A stretch of DNA of 64,000 nt from Escherichia phage pEC-N1203-2Af.1. Where the stretch lies: sequence record OQ540978.1; one strand, 5' to 3'. The first letter of the stretch is position 1; each line of letters begins with the position of its first letter. A program made the translations under genes and the position numbers. Below, one piece after another: positions 40,090 to 48,150 of this stretch. A model generated the notes under the pieces. The model was given only the letters and a program-made list of their open reading frames with translations, made no database searches and was not told the origin of the DNA.

Positions 40090-40310
40090 TATTCAGTAAT
40101 AATTTTGGCAAGTGTCCTATTTGTGAGAAACATCGCAGCACGGGAAACCATAGAAAATGTAGTAAGATATTACAGCGCCAACGTGATGATACTCACTGGG
40201 ATACTGTGCACACCAACCAACGTAAGGAAGAAGTTAGAAAGATGGCGGTTAAAGCGTCATTTGCTCAATCCACCCGTATTGAACATATTCAAAGGTATCA
40301 AGCATTATGA
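40086..40310 (+). CDS. Small Cys/His-containing protein (possible zinc finger)
   Basis: ORF 74 aa; CPICEKH...HRKC; translationally coupled by ATGA overlaps on both sides. Confidence 0.4.
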   Translation: MIFSNNFGKCPICEKHRSTGNHRKCSKILQRQRDDTHWDTVHTNQRKEEVRKMAVKASFAQSTRIEHIQRYQAL

Positions 40311-40516
40311 TCACTAATATTTCAGAGTTTAAGAAAGCGCCATCTCGTTTGTTAGGCCGTCGTGTTATATATCTTTACAGCAATAAAGGTAAATGTACAA
40401 CCGGACAAATTACAACGGTGAGCAGTACCAACAAAACATTACTAAAGTTATGCGTAACTATGGATGATGGTACAATCCTTCTACGCAGTTGGAAGTCGTT
40501 TAGTTTACTTGATTAA
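40307..40516 (+). CDS. Small hypothetical protein
   Basis: ORF 69 aa, ATGA overlap with upstream gene. Confidence 0.4.
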   Translation: MITNISEFKKAPSRLLGRRVIYLYSNKGKCTTGQITTVSSTNKTLLKLCVTMDDGTILLRSWKSFSLLD

Positions 40517-40586
40517 GTTATTTGTTCAAGCCCGTCGCCTTGATGGGCTTGCCCGATATAATTTATCACTAAAAAGGAATAAGATT

Positions 40587-41030
40587 GTGACTAAATCTAA
40601 AATCAGCATGAAAGGCGGGCGTTGTTTTTCTATCTCTGAGCTGGAGAAAGAGAAACCAAAGGCAACCAATCACGTCAGTAAGCGCAGTTTAAAACGTCGT
40701 GCTGCAAAGGCTGAGGCTGAATCTCATATTCCTTCTAGTGTGGCAAAGCGTGTAGGCCATCGCGTTCATCGTGCTGATGCGTTATTGTTAGCCGATCATA
40801 AACGTTCTTTATTAAAGAGCGGGGGAGCTAAAACAGAAGAGGAGAAGAAGTTAGAAATCTTCTGTAATGGTCGCACCCGTGGTAAGCAGAAGTTTAAAGG
40901 TAGCACGAAAGACCCTCAAGCATTCCCTAAAAGTAGCCAGTGTGCGCCTGATGTTTTCTACGCAGACAGTAAACACAAATGGGGCGTTGAGAAATACATT
41001 GACCCCATCAAAGAGGCAAGGGTTAAGTAG
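40587..41030 (+). CDS. Basic hypothetical protein
   Basis: Within ORF 40464-41030; GTG at 40587 has AAGGAA RBS; Lys/Arg-rich. Confidence 0.35.
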   Translation: MTKSKISMKGGRCFSISELEKEKPKATNHVSKRSLKRRAAKAEAESHIPSSVAKRVGHRVHRADALLLADHKRSLLKSGGAKTEEEKKLEIFCNGRTRGKQKFKGSTKDPQAFPKSSQCAPDVFYADSKHKWGVEKYIDPIKEARVK

Positions 41031-41111
41031 TAGGACTATAGACCCCTCTTTTAGTACTATGACGCTCTTTCTGTAGCGTCGTGCCCTCTCCCCCATTTGA
41101 AGCTTCCGCAT

Positions 41112-41135
41112 AGCCGCCTTTGAGCGGCTTTTTGC
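41112..41135 (+). terminator. Rho-independent terminator (first of tandem pair)
   Basis: AGCCGC-CUUUGA-GCGGCU followed by UUUU. Confidence 0.5.
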
Positions 41136-41196
41136 GTTGCTGTAAGTACATTTGCGAGTGTATTTATAGCAACGGTCATGTGTTGCTTTCAGGTTT

Positions 41197-41224
41197 GCCC
41201 CGGCTACGGCTGGGGCTTTTTTAT
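41197..41224 (+). terminator. Rho-independent terminator (UACG tetraloop)
   Basis: GCCCCGGC-UACG-GCUGGGGC followed by UUUUUUAU. Confidence 0.6.
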
Positions 41225-41246
41225 ATCTATTGTATAGGAATTTTCT

Positions 41247-41564
41247 ATGAAAAACCCATTCGAGCTGATAAGTACAGATCCTGTAGAGGTCAACATGCTT
41301 TCATTGAAGTCCAAACTGGTCATCATTCTTACGAAGCTAATTCGTGAGCAGGGTTGGTCGCAGTGTGTTGCCGCAGAGAAGCTAGGTGTTAGCCAGCCAA
41401 GGATTAGTAACCTTATGAATGGACAGCTTTCAAAGTTCTCCGTCGATACATTGTTGGAAATGGTTTTCAAGATGGGGTATAAGCTGGACATGGACTTCAC
41501 TCCACTAAACACCAGATCGCCACTGGCAATATTTGTAAAAGGTGATGGTGTAAGTTACAAATAG
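41247..41564 (+). CDS. XRE-family helix-turn-helix DNA-binding protein
   Basis: ORF 105 aa; GWSQCVAAEKLGVSQPRISNLMNG is a classic XRE/HigA-type HTH. Confidence 0.6.
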   Translation: MKNPFELISTDPVEVNMLSLKSKLVIILTKLIREQGWSQCVAAEKLGVSQPRISNLMNGQLSKFSVDTLLEMVFKMGYKLDMDFTPLNTRSPLAIFVKGDGVSYK

Positions 41565-41677
41565 TAAGATAACACCTATTCCGAAAGGATGGGTGTCACT
41601 ATAAGCATCTTTTCGAGGGGTGTTTATGGAAACAACAAAACAGGAGGTAGCAAGTTCTGATAACAACGGCCCAGCTA

Positions 41678-42067
41678 ATGTTGACATTGACTATTTATTA
41701 TGAGGCAGGGAACCAGCCAACCGCATGTAAGGCTTTAGTTGCGGATACCGTGATAAATAGAATGGCCCAACGAAAACTGACCGCTGAACAGGTGATAAGA
41801 CAAAAGAACCAGTTTGAGTGGATTCCGGTACTATTAAAACAGGAGAAACCTTATAAACGTTATGTAAAGCTGATTCGTGATAAGAATCCGATGACTAAGC
41901 AAGCCATTGGAGAAAGCGAGCGACTTGCTAAACGTGCCCTTAAGAAGAATTATGTTCCGCTGTATAGTGGGACTTACTTTCAGAGTAAGAGCGAAGGGGT
42001 GCCAAAATGGTATGCCAATCCTATGTATTGTGGTGATTTAGTGTTCGATAATAGCTCTAGGGAATAA
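41678..42067 (+). CDS. SleB-like cell-wall hydrolase domain protein (putative)
   Basis: ORF 129 aa; TIYYEAGNQP...ALVADTVINRM...QFEW resembles the Hydrolase_2/SleB motif. Confidence 0.4.
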   Translation: MLTLTIYYEAGNQPTACKALVADTVINRMAQRKLTAEQVIRQKNQFEWIPVLLKQEKPYKRYVKLIRDKNPMTKQAIGESERLAKRALKKNYVPLYSGTYFQSKSEGVPKWYANPMYCGDLVFDNSSRE

Positions 42068-42266
42068 TCACTAGTGCCAGATTTGACAAACTAAATTCCT
42101 TTATAAACCAACCACTTAGTAAATTTATTGAAAAAGATGGTAGTATTCTGGGACTATAGGTAATGCTCTGTATATAGACCCTTTGAAAATTTCTTAGAAA
42201 ATAAGTTTACTAAATATAACTTACTTAAATAATATTACTTTTAATCTCTGATAAAGGGTAAATAAT

Positions 42267-42563
42267 ATGACTTTAGAAGTATATAAATTCCTTTTTGTAA
42301 GCTGTTTAACTATCAGCGTTATAGGATTTATTGTTCTCAGAAACAAAGCAGCAAGCTGGGAGAGAATGTATAGATCTCTAGTCCGAGTGGATGAGATGTA
42401 TAATGAGAAAGTTAAAGCAACTCTTAATGATCTTATCATGCAAGTTGAAGACAGAAACAAGCGTCTTCAGAATCTCAATCATGAAGTGTTGCGCCTTGCT
42501 CGTGCTAATGAAGATTTGCGAGTAGCTATAGCTAAGCAGCAGGAGATTAACAGTGATAATTGA
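42267..42563 (+). CDS. Membrane-anchored coiled-coil protein
   Basis: ORF 98 aa; N-terminal TM FLFVSCLTISVIGFIVL then heptad-like region. Confidence 0.45.
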   Translation: MTLEVYKFLFVSCLTISVIGFIVLRNKAASWERMYRSLVRVDEMYNEKVKATLNDLIMQVEDRNKRLQNLNHEVLRLARANEDLRVAIAKQQEINSDN

Positions 42564-42792
42564 CATGAATCACCCACCGAAGAGGTTAACTCTTGGGGAT
42601 CTAGATTCAGGTGATGTGTTCCAATTCCTTGTGAACTCTGATGATTTTTACATGGCTTCCTGTAGATTTAATAAATCGGATGGTTGTAGAAATTACATGA
42701 ACCTTTCAAACGGTGTGATCTCAGCAGATCGTAATAGTGTGGTTGTTAAGAAGATTAACAATGCTCGACTCACGAACAAGGCGGAAGAATGA
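42553..42792 (+). CDS. Small paralogous early protein, family member 1 (GD[VI]F ... NL[ST]xG motif)
   Basis: ORF 79 aa; LTLGDLDSGDVFQF...YMAS...NLSNGVIS. Confidence 0.5.
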   Translation: MIIDMNHPPKRLTLGDLDSGDVFQFLVNSDDFYMASCRFNKSDGCRNYMNLSNGVISADRNSVVVKKINNARLTNKAEE

Positions 42793-43046
42793 AGATTGAT
42801 CTTGAGATGAAAGACCCAGATCTTACAGTGGGTGATTTAAAGCTTGGAGATGTATTCCAAGTTAAAGCTACACGCGTCGATCATTATTTGGTTGTTAGTT
42901 TATTCACTCCACACGTAACCGAGTCGAACAGGAAAGATTCTGGAACAGTTGTGCTTGGTTTAAGAACTAATCAGGTTATGAAGCTCAATTCAAAACTTCC
43001 TGTAATCCTTATCCCAGATGCAGTAATTACTAATAAAGGTAAGTGA
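42789..43046 (+). CDS. Small paralogous early protein, family member 2
   Basis: ORF 85 aa; LTVGDLKLGDVFQV...YLVVS; ATGA overlap with member 1. Confidence 0.5.
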   Translation: MKIDLEMKDPDLTVGDLKLGDVFQVKATRVDHYLVVSLFTPHVTESNRKDSGTVVLGLRTNQVMKLNSKLPVILIPDAVITNKGK

Positions 43047-43265
43047 ATGGAAATTAAAGTGGTTGATTATCCTAAATATGCAAATGCAGAAGACGTTAAA
43101 GGTGGTGATGTTTTCTCTTACGATAAACGTTTCTGGCTGATGCTAGAAGATAAAACCCCTGATGGTTTGTGTAAGGCTGCTAACTTGAGCAGTGGTTCTG
43201 TTGAAGTCTTCGGTCTATCAACCACTGTTATGCCACGTCCTGATCTGTGTTTATCTCAAAAGTAA
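43047..43265 (+). CDS. Small paralogous early protein, family member 3
   Basis: ORF 72 aa; EDVKGGDVFSY...NLSSGSVEV. Confidence 0.5.
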   Translation: MEIKVVDYPKYANAEDVKGGDVFSYDKRFWLMLEDKTPDGLCKAANLSSGSVEVFGLSTTVMPRPDLCLSQK

Positions 43266-43622
43266 CACCGACTTATAGCCCTTGTGTTTATCAGAGGGCT
43301 ATGTGAGGGTGTTCCTCATTAACTTATTAATTCAGGCATATGCCACACCGCTAGGGAGAGCTTGCTCGAACATCCGGTGCTAGACTAAAACCTGTTAATT
43401 TTCGAAAGACTTTCTAATATGTAGGGGTACATATTGGTTTGGGATTCAGGAGACTTCCTAGGGGTAGGGAGTCTTCACCAGTTGGAATAAGAGATAGCTC
43501 TAGAACCTGAACTCTTAGGCAGAGAAGGTCGGCAATGAGTACGCGGTCAGGATTAGTCTACTGACTAGGGCTATCCCTTATATCAACTGGCAATAATGCC
43601 TCCACTAACAAAGAGAGATAGG

Positions 43623-43763
43623 TATGAAAGTATCAACCAAACGTATGAACCGCCCTGAACGTATGGATGCAGTAGCTAACGGTGCTCTGAAACTGGAAGG
43701 CTTCTGGGTTCATGCAATGTCAGCCATCCGTAACAAGCAAGGCAACTGGACATATGGTAACTA
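43623..43763 (+). CDS. Small hypothetical protein (46 aa)
   Basis: Untracked ORF MKVSTKRMNRPERMD...; follows a 357-nt ORF-free stretch. Confidence 0.25.
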
Positions 43764-43957
43764 ACAAAGAACAAAAAGCGATCTGTCGTTGTGCCCCTTT
43801 CTTCTTTGCAGAAGACGGGGATGTGTTCAGTAAGCTTGCACAAGAGTTGGGATGTTCTCGAACTGGTGCTAAGGTAGTCTTTCATAAGTGGATTATTTCT
43901 TCTGACTCTTATGTGGCTATGAAACTTCGAGAGCTGCAAATACATACTCTTGAATAA
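43754..43957 (+). CDS. Small hypothetical protein
   Basis: Internal ATG of ORF 43712-43957 (MVTNKEQKAI...). Confidence 0.3.
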   Translation: MVTNKEQKAICRCAPFFFAEDGDVFSKLAQELGCSRTGAKVVFHKWIISSDSYVAMKLRELQIHTLE

Positions 43958-43963
43958 AAGAAA

Positions 43964-43992
43964 GGCTGCCTTCGGGTGGCCTTTGTTGTTTT
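43964..43992 (+). terminator. Rho-independent terminator (UUCG tetraloop)
   Basis: GGCUGCC-UUCG-GGUGGCC followed by UUUGUUGUUUU. Confidence 0.65.
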
Positions 43993-44163
43993 AATTAAGG
44001 GACAACTCTTACTTAAACTAACAACGGGTGTATGGTATTGACAGGCATCGGCATGGAACTTGTTACCAACAAGGTTGGCGAATCAAGACCTCTGTGAAGC
44101 TCCGAAGAAATCAAGGCAGGTTCGACTCCTGCTCCCCGACCAAATTAACAATAGGAAGCTCAA

Positions 44164-44340
44164 ATGTCTAAGCAAACAATCAAGAATACACAAGCTGGTT
44201 ACTCTTATGTTAACTCTCCTTGCTGTGGTGCTCGTGTTAATCTGGTTAAAGAAGAGGTTCGTATCGTTCAGCGTGGCGCTACTGTTGTTCGTTCATGCTG
44301 TGTCTGTGGTAATGACATTTTTATCAAAGGTAAAGTATGA
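44164..44340 (+). CDS. Small Cys-rich protein (58 aa)
   Basis: Untracked ORF MSKQTIKNTQAGYSYVNSPCCGARVNL...SCCVCGND; ATGA overlap with next gene; tracked ORF 44060-44356 in another frame judged spurious. Confidence 0.35.
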   Translation: MSKQTIKNTQAGYSYVNSPCCGARVNLVKEEVRIVQRGATVVRSCCVCGNDIFIKGKV

Positions 44341-44561
44341 TTATCATCCGCTCTGAGCCTAGAGATAATACTTTTGGCAGTCTACGTAATGGTGATGTGT
44401 TCTCTCTAGAGATAGATGGGGATACAAAACCTCCTTTATATATGAAGGTTATGCACAGACATGCTATCTGTATAAATAACCCTGAAACAAGATTTACATT
44501 TGATAGAACTTGCCCTGTCAAATACTATCAAGCTACCCTAAATGTTAGGAGAGTAGGATGA
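44337..44561 (+). CDS. Small paralogous early protein, family member 4
   Basis: ORF 74 aa; FGSLRNGDVFSL...YMKV. Confidence 0.5.
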   Translation: MIIIRSEPRDNTFGSLRNGDVFSLEIDGDTKPPLYMKVMHRHAICINNPETRFTFDRTCPVKYYQATLNVRRVG

Positions 44562-44809
44562 AAAACTTCCAAGCTGCACCAATAACTAAAGTAATTGAAG
44601 TTGATGGTGTGATGATGACTGTTCCTCTGAACACTCGTTACATTGCAATTGACAAGATGGGTTATGTATGGGCTTGGAAGATTAAGCCTAGCTATAACGC
44701 ACTGTTTGATGAGTTTGTTTGTACTGGTACTTACAGTCCTACATTCTTGGGTTTATTTGGAGAGTTCGAAGGTCAGTATAAAATCATCACTCTCCCTGCT
44801 TGTGTTTGA
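44558..44809 (+). CDS. Hypothetical protein
   Basis: ORF 83 aa, ATGA overlap with upstream gene. Confidence 0.45.
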   Translation: MKNFQAAPITKVIEVDGVMMTVPLNTRYIAIDKMGYVWAWKIKPSYNALFDEFVCTGTYSPTFLGLFGEFEGQYKIITLPACV

Positions 44810-44816
44810 GGTTAAT

Positions 44817-44978
44817 ATGTTCAAGTGGCTAAAGCGTGTCTTTCATTGTCATGATTGGAAGATTATTAATACTCGCCCTCTGGTCTATACAGATTCAGAT
44901 GGAAACAATGACAAGGGCACACGTTACATTATCCAGTGTAAGGTGTGTGGTGAAGTCAGTCATCGTGATGTAATCTAA
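44817..44978 (+). CDS. Small zinc-ribbon-like protein (53 aa)
   Basis: Untracked ORF MFKWLKRVFHCHDW...IQCKVCGEVSHRDVI; same C-H...C-x2-C pattern as 44987-45196. Confidence 0.35.
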   Translation: MFKWLKRVFHCHDWKIINTRPLVYTDSDGNNDKGTRYIIQCKVCGEVSHRDVI

Positions 44979-44986
44979 GGGGTGTT

Positions 44987-45196
44987 ATGTTCTTCCGTAA
45001 GAAAAAGCCCGAAGATTCTGAGTGTAAACATGAGTGGGTGATCACTGAGAATCTTCAAATCACTCACGCTAAAGACACTCCAGTCGAGAGAAAAGAATCT
45101 CGTGTATCTCGTATCTGTAAACGCTGTTTGAAAATAGAGCAGCATAAAGTTCCCGGTCATATAGGTCATGATGTGGCCTTGCGTATCTTCAGTTAA
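44987..45196 (+). CDS. Small zinc-ribbon-like protein
   Basis: ORF 69 aa; ECKHEW...ICKRCLKIEQHKV. Confidence 0.4.
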   Translation: MFFRKKKPEDSECKHEWVITENLQITHAKDTPVERKESRVSRICKRCLKIEQHKVPGHIGHDVALRIFS

Positions 45197-45214
45197 ACAA
45201 ATTCAGAGGTTAAT

Positions 45215-45523
45215 GTGAAACAAAAGCATTTTATCATCTCAACCTTACTACTAATGACAACCATTGGTATCATCTCTGTTAATAGTGCAGAGATTGGAGT
45301 TAAGTATCAGAGTGTTCAGCAATGCACTCTTAAAGAGCATAGCTTAACTGGTATCAAAGAATCTCATGGTATGGTAAGAGATGGGCTTCTGTTTGTAGAA
45401 ACAACTTCTGGTAATCGTGTCATGGCTACTGATGGCAAAGAAACAAAGTATGCCTACTTCCCTGATACAACAGGCTACTACACTTTTGAAGAGAAGGATT
45501 GTAAGAAGTCTTTCTCTTTATAA
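45215..45523 (+). CDS. Secreted protein with signal peptide
   Basis: ORF 102 aa; MKQKHFIISTLLLMTTIGIISVNSAEIG. Confidence 0.5.
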   Translation: MKQKHFIISTLLLMTTIGIISVNSAEIGVKYQSVQQCTLKEHSLTGIKESHGMVRDGLLFVETTSGNRVMATDGKETKYAYFPDTTGYYTFEEKDCKKSFSL

Positions 45524-45532
45524 AAGAATCAA

Positions 45533-45607
45533 GTCCCTATAGTTAAAAGGATATAACAGATTTCTTCTAAAAATCCATTCTAGGTTCGAGTCCTAGTGGG
45601 GACGCCA
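45533..45607 (+). tRNA. tRNA-Arg (anticodon UCU), CCA encoded
   Basis: Manual cloverleaf: acceptor GUCCCUA/UGGGGAC, D-stem GUUA/UAAC, anticodon stem GAUUU/AAAUC with loop CUUCUAA, T-arm CUAGG-UUCGAGU-CCUAG, discriminator G, CCA. Confidence 0.8.
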
Positions 45608-45626
45608 AATCAAATAGGAGGTGGTT

Positions 45627-45926
45627 ATGAGTTGGGGTGGTGTAATTACCTTAACCTGTATCTTTATCGCCTGTGTAGCTCTTACAGGCTGCGTACAGCA
45701 TCGTCCTGATGGATGGTGTGCAGTAGCAGTGGATGGTATTTGTGTTTCTCGCTGGCATAAAGGTGAGAAGATTCCTTCTGGTGAAATTGATATGCGCTGG
45801 AACGGAGCAACCTGCTCCAATGCTAACCCTTCTATCAACGAAGAGGAGTCTACGCCAGACAATGTTGTGATTGATACAGCGTTGTGGTGTGGTGGCTCTA
45901 CGACTACAACCGGTAAGGAGTGGTAA
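45627..45926 (+). CDS. Putative lipoprotein (candidate superinfection-exclusion factor)
   Basis: ORF 45621-45926; ATG 45627 after AGGAGG; signal peptide ending in lipobox-like LTGC; Cys-rich mature part. Confidence 0.45.
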   Translation: MSWGGVITLTCIFIACVALTGCVQHRPDGWCAVAVDGICVSRWHKGEKIPSGEIDMRWNGATCSNANPSINEEESTPDNVVIDTALWCGGSTTTTGKEW

Positions 45927-45927
45927 T

Positions 45928-46176
45928 ATGACAGCTCATTATTGGAATACAAAGAAGCTTCTTGAAGAGATGGCTGGGGGTAGTAGAGTACAACTAATCT
46001 CTATGCTTCGAATGGATGCTCGCTCTTTACGCTTTCAAGTGAAGATCGGTAACTTCAGTGATGGTCTTTATTATACCTTGAAGGAAAGGATTAAGAAGAC
46101 TCACTTCATCATGTACGGACTCAAACCGAGAACGTACGTTAACTACATGTATTGGGATACATGCTACGATAATTGA
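45928..46176 (+). CDS. Hypothetical protein
   Basis: Within ORF 45871-46176; ATG 45928 (MTAHYW) preceded by TAAGGAG. Confidence 0.4.
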   Translation: MTAHYWNTKKLLEEMAGGSRVQLISMLRMDARSLRFQVKIGNFSDGLYYTLKERIKKTHFIMYGLKPRTYVNYMYWDTCYDN

Positions 46177-46183
46177 GGGTGTT

Positions 46184-46405
46184 ATGATATTCGAAGCCAA
46201 GCAAACATTGCCGGTAGTTCCTTTGTCTACACTTCTTAGTGGGAGTGCTTTTAGACATGATAACGGTTTTTGGATTAAAGGAAACCAAGAGGTTGGAGGA
46301 TATATCACCTGCATCAATATCTGCAATGGTGTTGTTGAGGTAAAGCGTCCAGCCGCTGAAGTAACTCCTCAACCCAATGCAAAGGTTGTAGGTTTGGTAT
46401 ATTAA
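46184..46405 (+). CDS. Small paralogous early protein, family member 5
   Basis: ORF 73 aa; very similar to 46415-46636 (shared FWIK...GYITC.N..NG...P.AKV.PQP.AK..GLVY). Confidence 0.55.
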   Translation: MIFEAKQTLPVVPLSTLLSGSAFRHDNGFWIKGNQEVGGYITCINICNGVVEVKRPAAEVTPQPNAKVVGLVY

Positions 46406-46414
46406 GGAACTTAT

Positions 46415-46636
46415 ATGAAATTAGATTCTAAACAATCCCTTAAAACTGTTGAACTGTCCACACTGCCAAACGGAAGTATCTTTGGTCACGATAAACACTT
46501 CTGGATTAAAACAGACTACTTGAACGATGGGTATATCACCTGTGTCAACCTTTGGAATGGTTCAGTGGATGGTTATCGCCCTAATGCAAAGGTAATCCCT
46601 CAGCCTGATGCAAAGGCTACAGGTTTAGTTTACTAA
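46415..46636 (+). CDS. Small paralogous early protein, family member 6 (tandem duplicate of member 5)
   Basis: ORF 73 aa; near-colinear with 46184-46405. Confidence 0.55.
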   Translation: MKLDSKQSLKTVELSTLPNGSIFGHDKHFWIKTDYLNDGYITCVNLWNGSVDGYRPNAKVIPQPDAKATGLVY

Positions 46637-46645
46637 GGAGTTCAT

Positions 46646-46819
46646 ATGAGCTGTTATGGTGGCGGTGAAGTATATGATGACGATGACATGGAATCCAATG
46701 GTACATGCCCTGACTGTGGGTGTGAGACGTTTGATGGTGTGTCAGTATATCCTGCCTGTAGTTATTCACCAGTGATCTGTAAAACATGCGGAGATCAACC
46801 TTGTGATCAGTCCTGTTAG
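46646..46819 (+). CDS. Small Cys-rich protein (57 aa)
   Basis: Untracked ORF MSCYGGGEVYDDDDMESNGTCPDCGCETF...ICKTCGDQPCDQSC with AAGGAG RBS. Confidence 0.35.
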   Translation: MSCYGGGEVYDDDDMESNGTCPDCGCETFDGVSVYPACSYSPVICKTCGDQPCDQSC

Positions 46820-47036
46820 TATCTTGATTGTCTACTTAATAGGTATGGTGATAGTTTCAGCTCTGATAAAATTCCTCGATGTAAAAGGTAGTGTCGAGTT
46901 CAGAGGGTGGAATAACGAACCAAACTTATCAAAGATAGCGATTATGGTTTTTCTATGGCCCATCGTTGCTGTGATTCTTATATCTCTTGTTTTGTGGGCA
47001 TGGCTGTGGGATATGATTCTTCCCGCAAGAAAGTAA
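46803..47036 (+). CDS. Small membrane protein (2 TM)
   Basis: ORF 77 aa, two hydrophobic segments; start uncertain (GTG). Confidence 0.35.
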   Translation: MISPVSILIVYLIGMVIVSALIKFLDVKGSVEFRGWNNEPNLSKIAIMVFLWPIVAVILISLVLWAWLWDMILPARK

Positions 47037-47252
47037 GAGCTTATCGTTAAGGATTCTTACGAGAGTCCTTTGAGATAGGACTTCAGATCTCCTATCAAAC
47101 TAACATTCACGTAACTAGCCCATAAGGGCGTTACCCTTTAATAACCCAGCCCACTAAGGGGGCGGGAGTTTAGTGCTGGATGAGCATAACGCTTATTCCT
47201 ACAAAGGCAACCGATTGTTAGATCTTACATGCAACATTAATTAATAGGATAA

Positions 47253-47284
47253 GGGAGGATTCGTCCCCTCCCCCTATTTTATTG
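47253..47284 (+). terminator. Hairpin/terminator
   Basis: GGGAGG-AUUCGUCC-CCUCCC followed by CUAUUUUAUUG. Confidence 0.4.
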
Positions 47285-47331
47285 AATCTTTATCTAAGCA
47301 AGTCTTATATAAATGTTTAATTGGAGGATGT

Positions 47332-47643
47332 ATGAAAGCTCGAAGAACTATATGGACTCCGATACAGATTGAAAATCTTCGGAGACTAATCAAAGAGTAC
47401 TCTGTTCAAGAGGTTGCTCAGATTATGAATGTAACGGAGAATGCAGTTAATACAGCTTGTACTAAGTTCGGTATATCAAGAGCTGTACTCCGAGTTAAGT
47501 GGTCTAAAGAAGAAGACCAGTTCCTTATCCGTAATGCTGGGTTTATGTCTATTCAGAGAATGGCTGACATGCTCGGTAGAAGTTATGCTGCTGTACAGAA
47601 CAGAGCATGTATGCACCTTAACATTAGTCTAAAACTTAAATAG
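47332..47643 (+). CDS. DNA-binding protein with two HTH-like repeats (putative transcription regulator)
   Basis: ORF 103 aa; two similar segments (WTPIQIENLRRLIKEYSVQEVAQIM... and WSKEEDQFLIRNAGFMSIQRMADMLGRS). Confidence 0.45.
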   Translation: MKARRTIWTPIQIENLRRLIKEYSVQEVAQIMNVTENAVNTACTKFGISRAVLRVKWSKEEDQFLIRNAGFMSIQRMADMLGRSYAAVQNRACMHLNISLKLK

Positions 47644-47651
47644 GAATCAAT

Positions 47652-47897
47652 ATGAAGATCATCCCAAAGAAAAAGGATAATACGGTACGATTGGAAACAA
47701 TCATTCCCGGAAACCCTTTCGTGGTTCAGCACGGAAGTGCCTCTCCTCAATATTATATGAGGGTTGAAAATGCATCTGGTAACATCCGTATAGCCAGTGG
47801 TTGGATTCCTGTAGTGAATCTATCCACTGGAGTATTAGCTGTTAAAGGTGCTGATGAACAGGTTGAAATGATTCGTATGTCAGTGGTTCAGGAGTAG
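47652..47897 (+). CDS. Small paralogous early protein, family member 7
   Basis: ORF 81 aa; LETIIPGNPFVV...YYMRV...NLSTGVLAV. Confidence 0.5.
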   Translation: MKIIPKKKDNTVRLETIIPGNPFVVQHGSASPQYYMRVENASGNIRIASGWIPVVNLSTGVLAVKGADEQVEMIRMSVVQE

Positions 47898-47899
47898 GT

Positions 47900-48142
47900 A
47901 TGAGCACAATACATATCAAAGTTCATCATGAAGAAGAAAAGAAACTCTTTGTTAAAGATCTATCGATCGCTGATATCTTCACTTTAAAAGAAGATGATAA
48001 TCAGATCATCTATTTGATGATGCCTGTGACTGGAGGGTATCGAAGGGCTGTTTGTTTGGGTACAGGTGTGCCCCGTCCTGTTGCTGATACTCTTGAAGTT
48101 GGTGAGAAGTTTAGTAAGGCTGAAATTATCTTAACTCCATAG
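47900..48142 (+). CDS. Small paralogous early protein, family member 8
   Basis: ORF 80 aa; LSIADIFTL...YLMMP...LGTGVPRPV. Confidence 0.5.
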   Translation: MSTIHIKVHHEEEKKLFVKDLSIADIFTLKEDDNQIIYLMMPVTGGYRRAVCLGTGVPRPVADTLEVGEKFSKAEIILTP

Positions 48143-48150
48143 GAAAATAA

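Noticed and set aside
40105-40317. ORF 40105-40317 in an alternative frame to 40086-40310
   Set aside because: The 40086 frame is linked to both neighbours by ATGA start-stop overlaps and encodes a Cys/His motif; the alternative frame lacks these.
41120-41347. ORF 41120-41347 (75 aa)
   Set aside because: Spans two rho-independent terminators and the start of the XRE gene; Cys-rich translation derives from the GC-rich hairpins.
45593-45952. Minus-strand ORF 45593-45952 (119 aa)
   Set aside because: Overlaps the tRNA-Arg gene and is antisense to the lipoprotein ORF in an otherwise plus-strand region.
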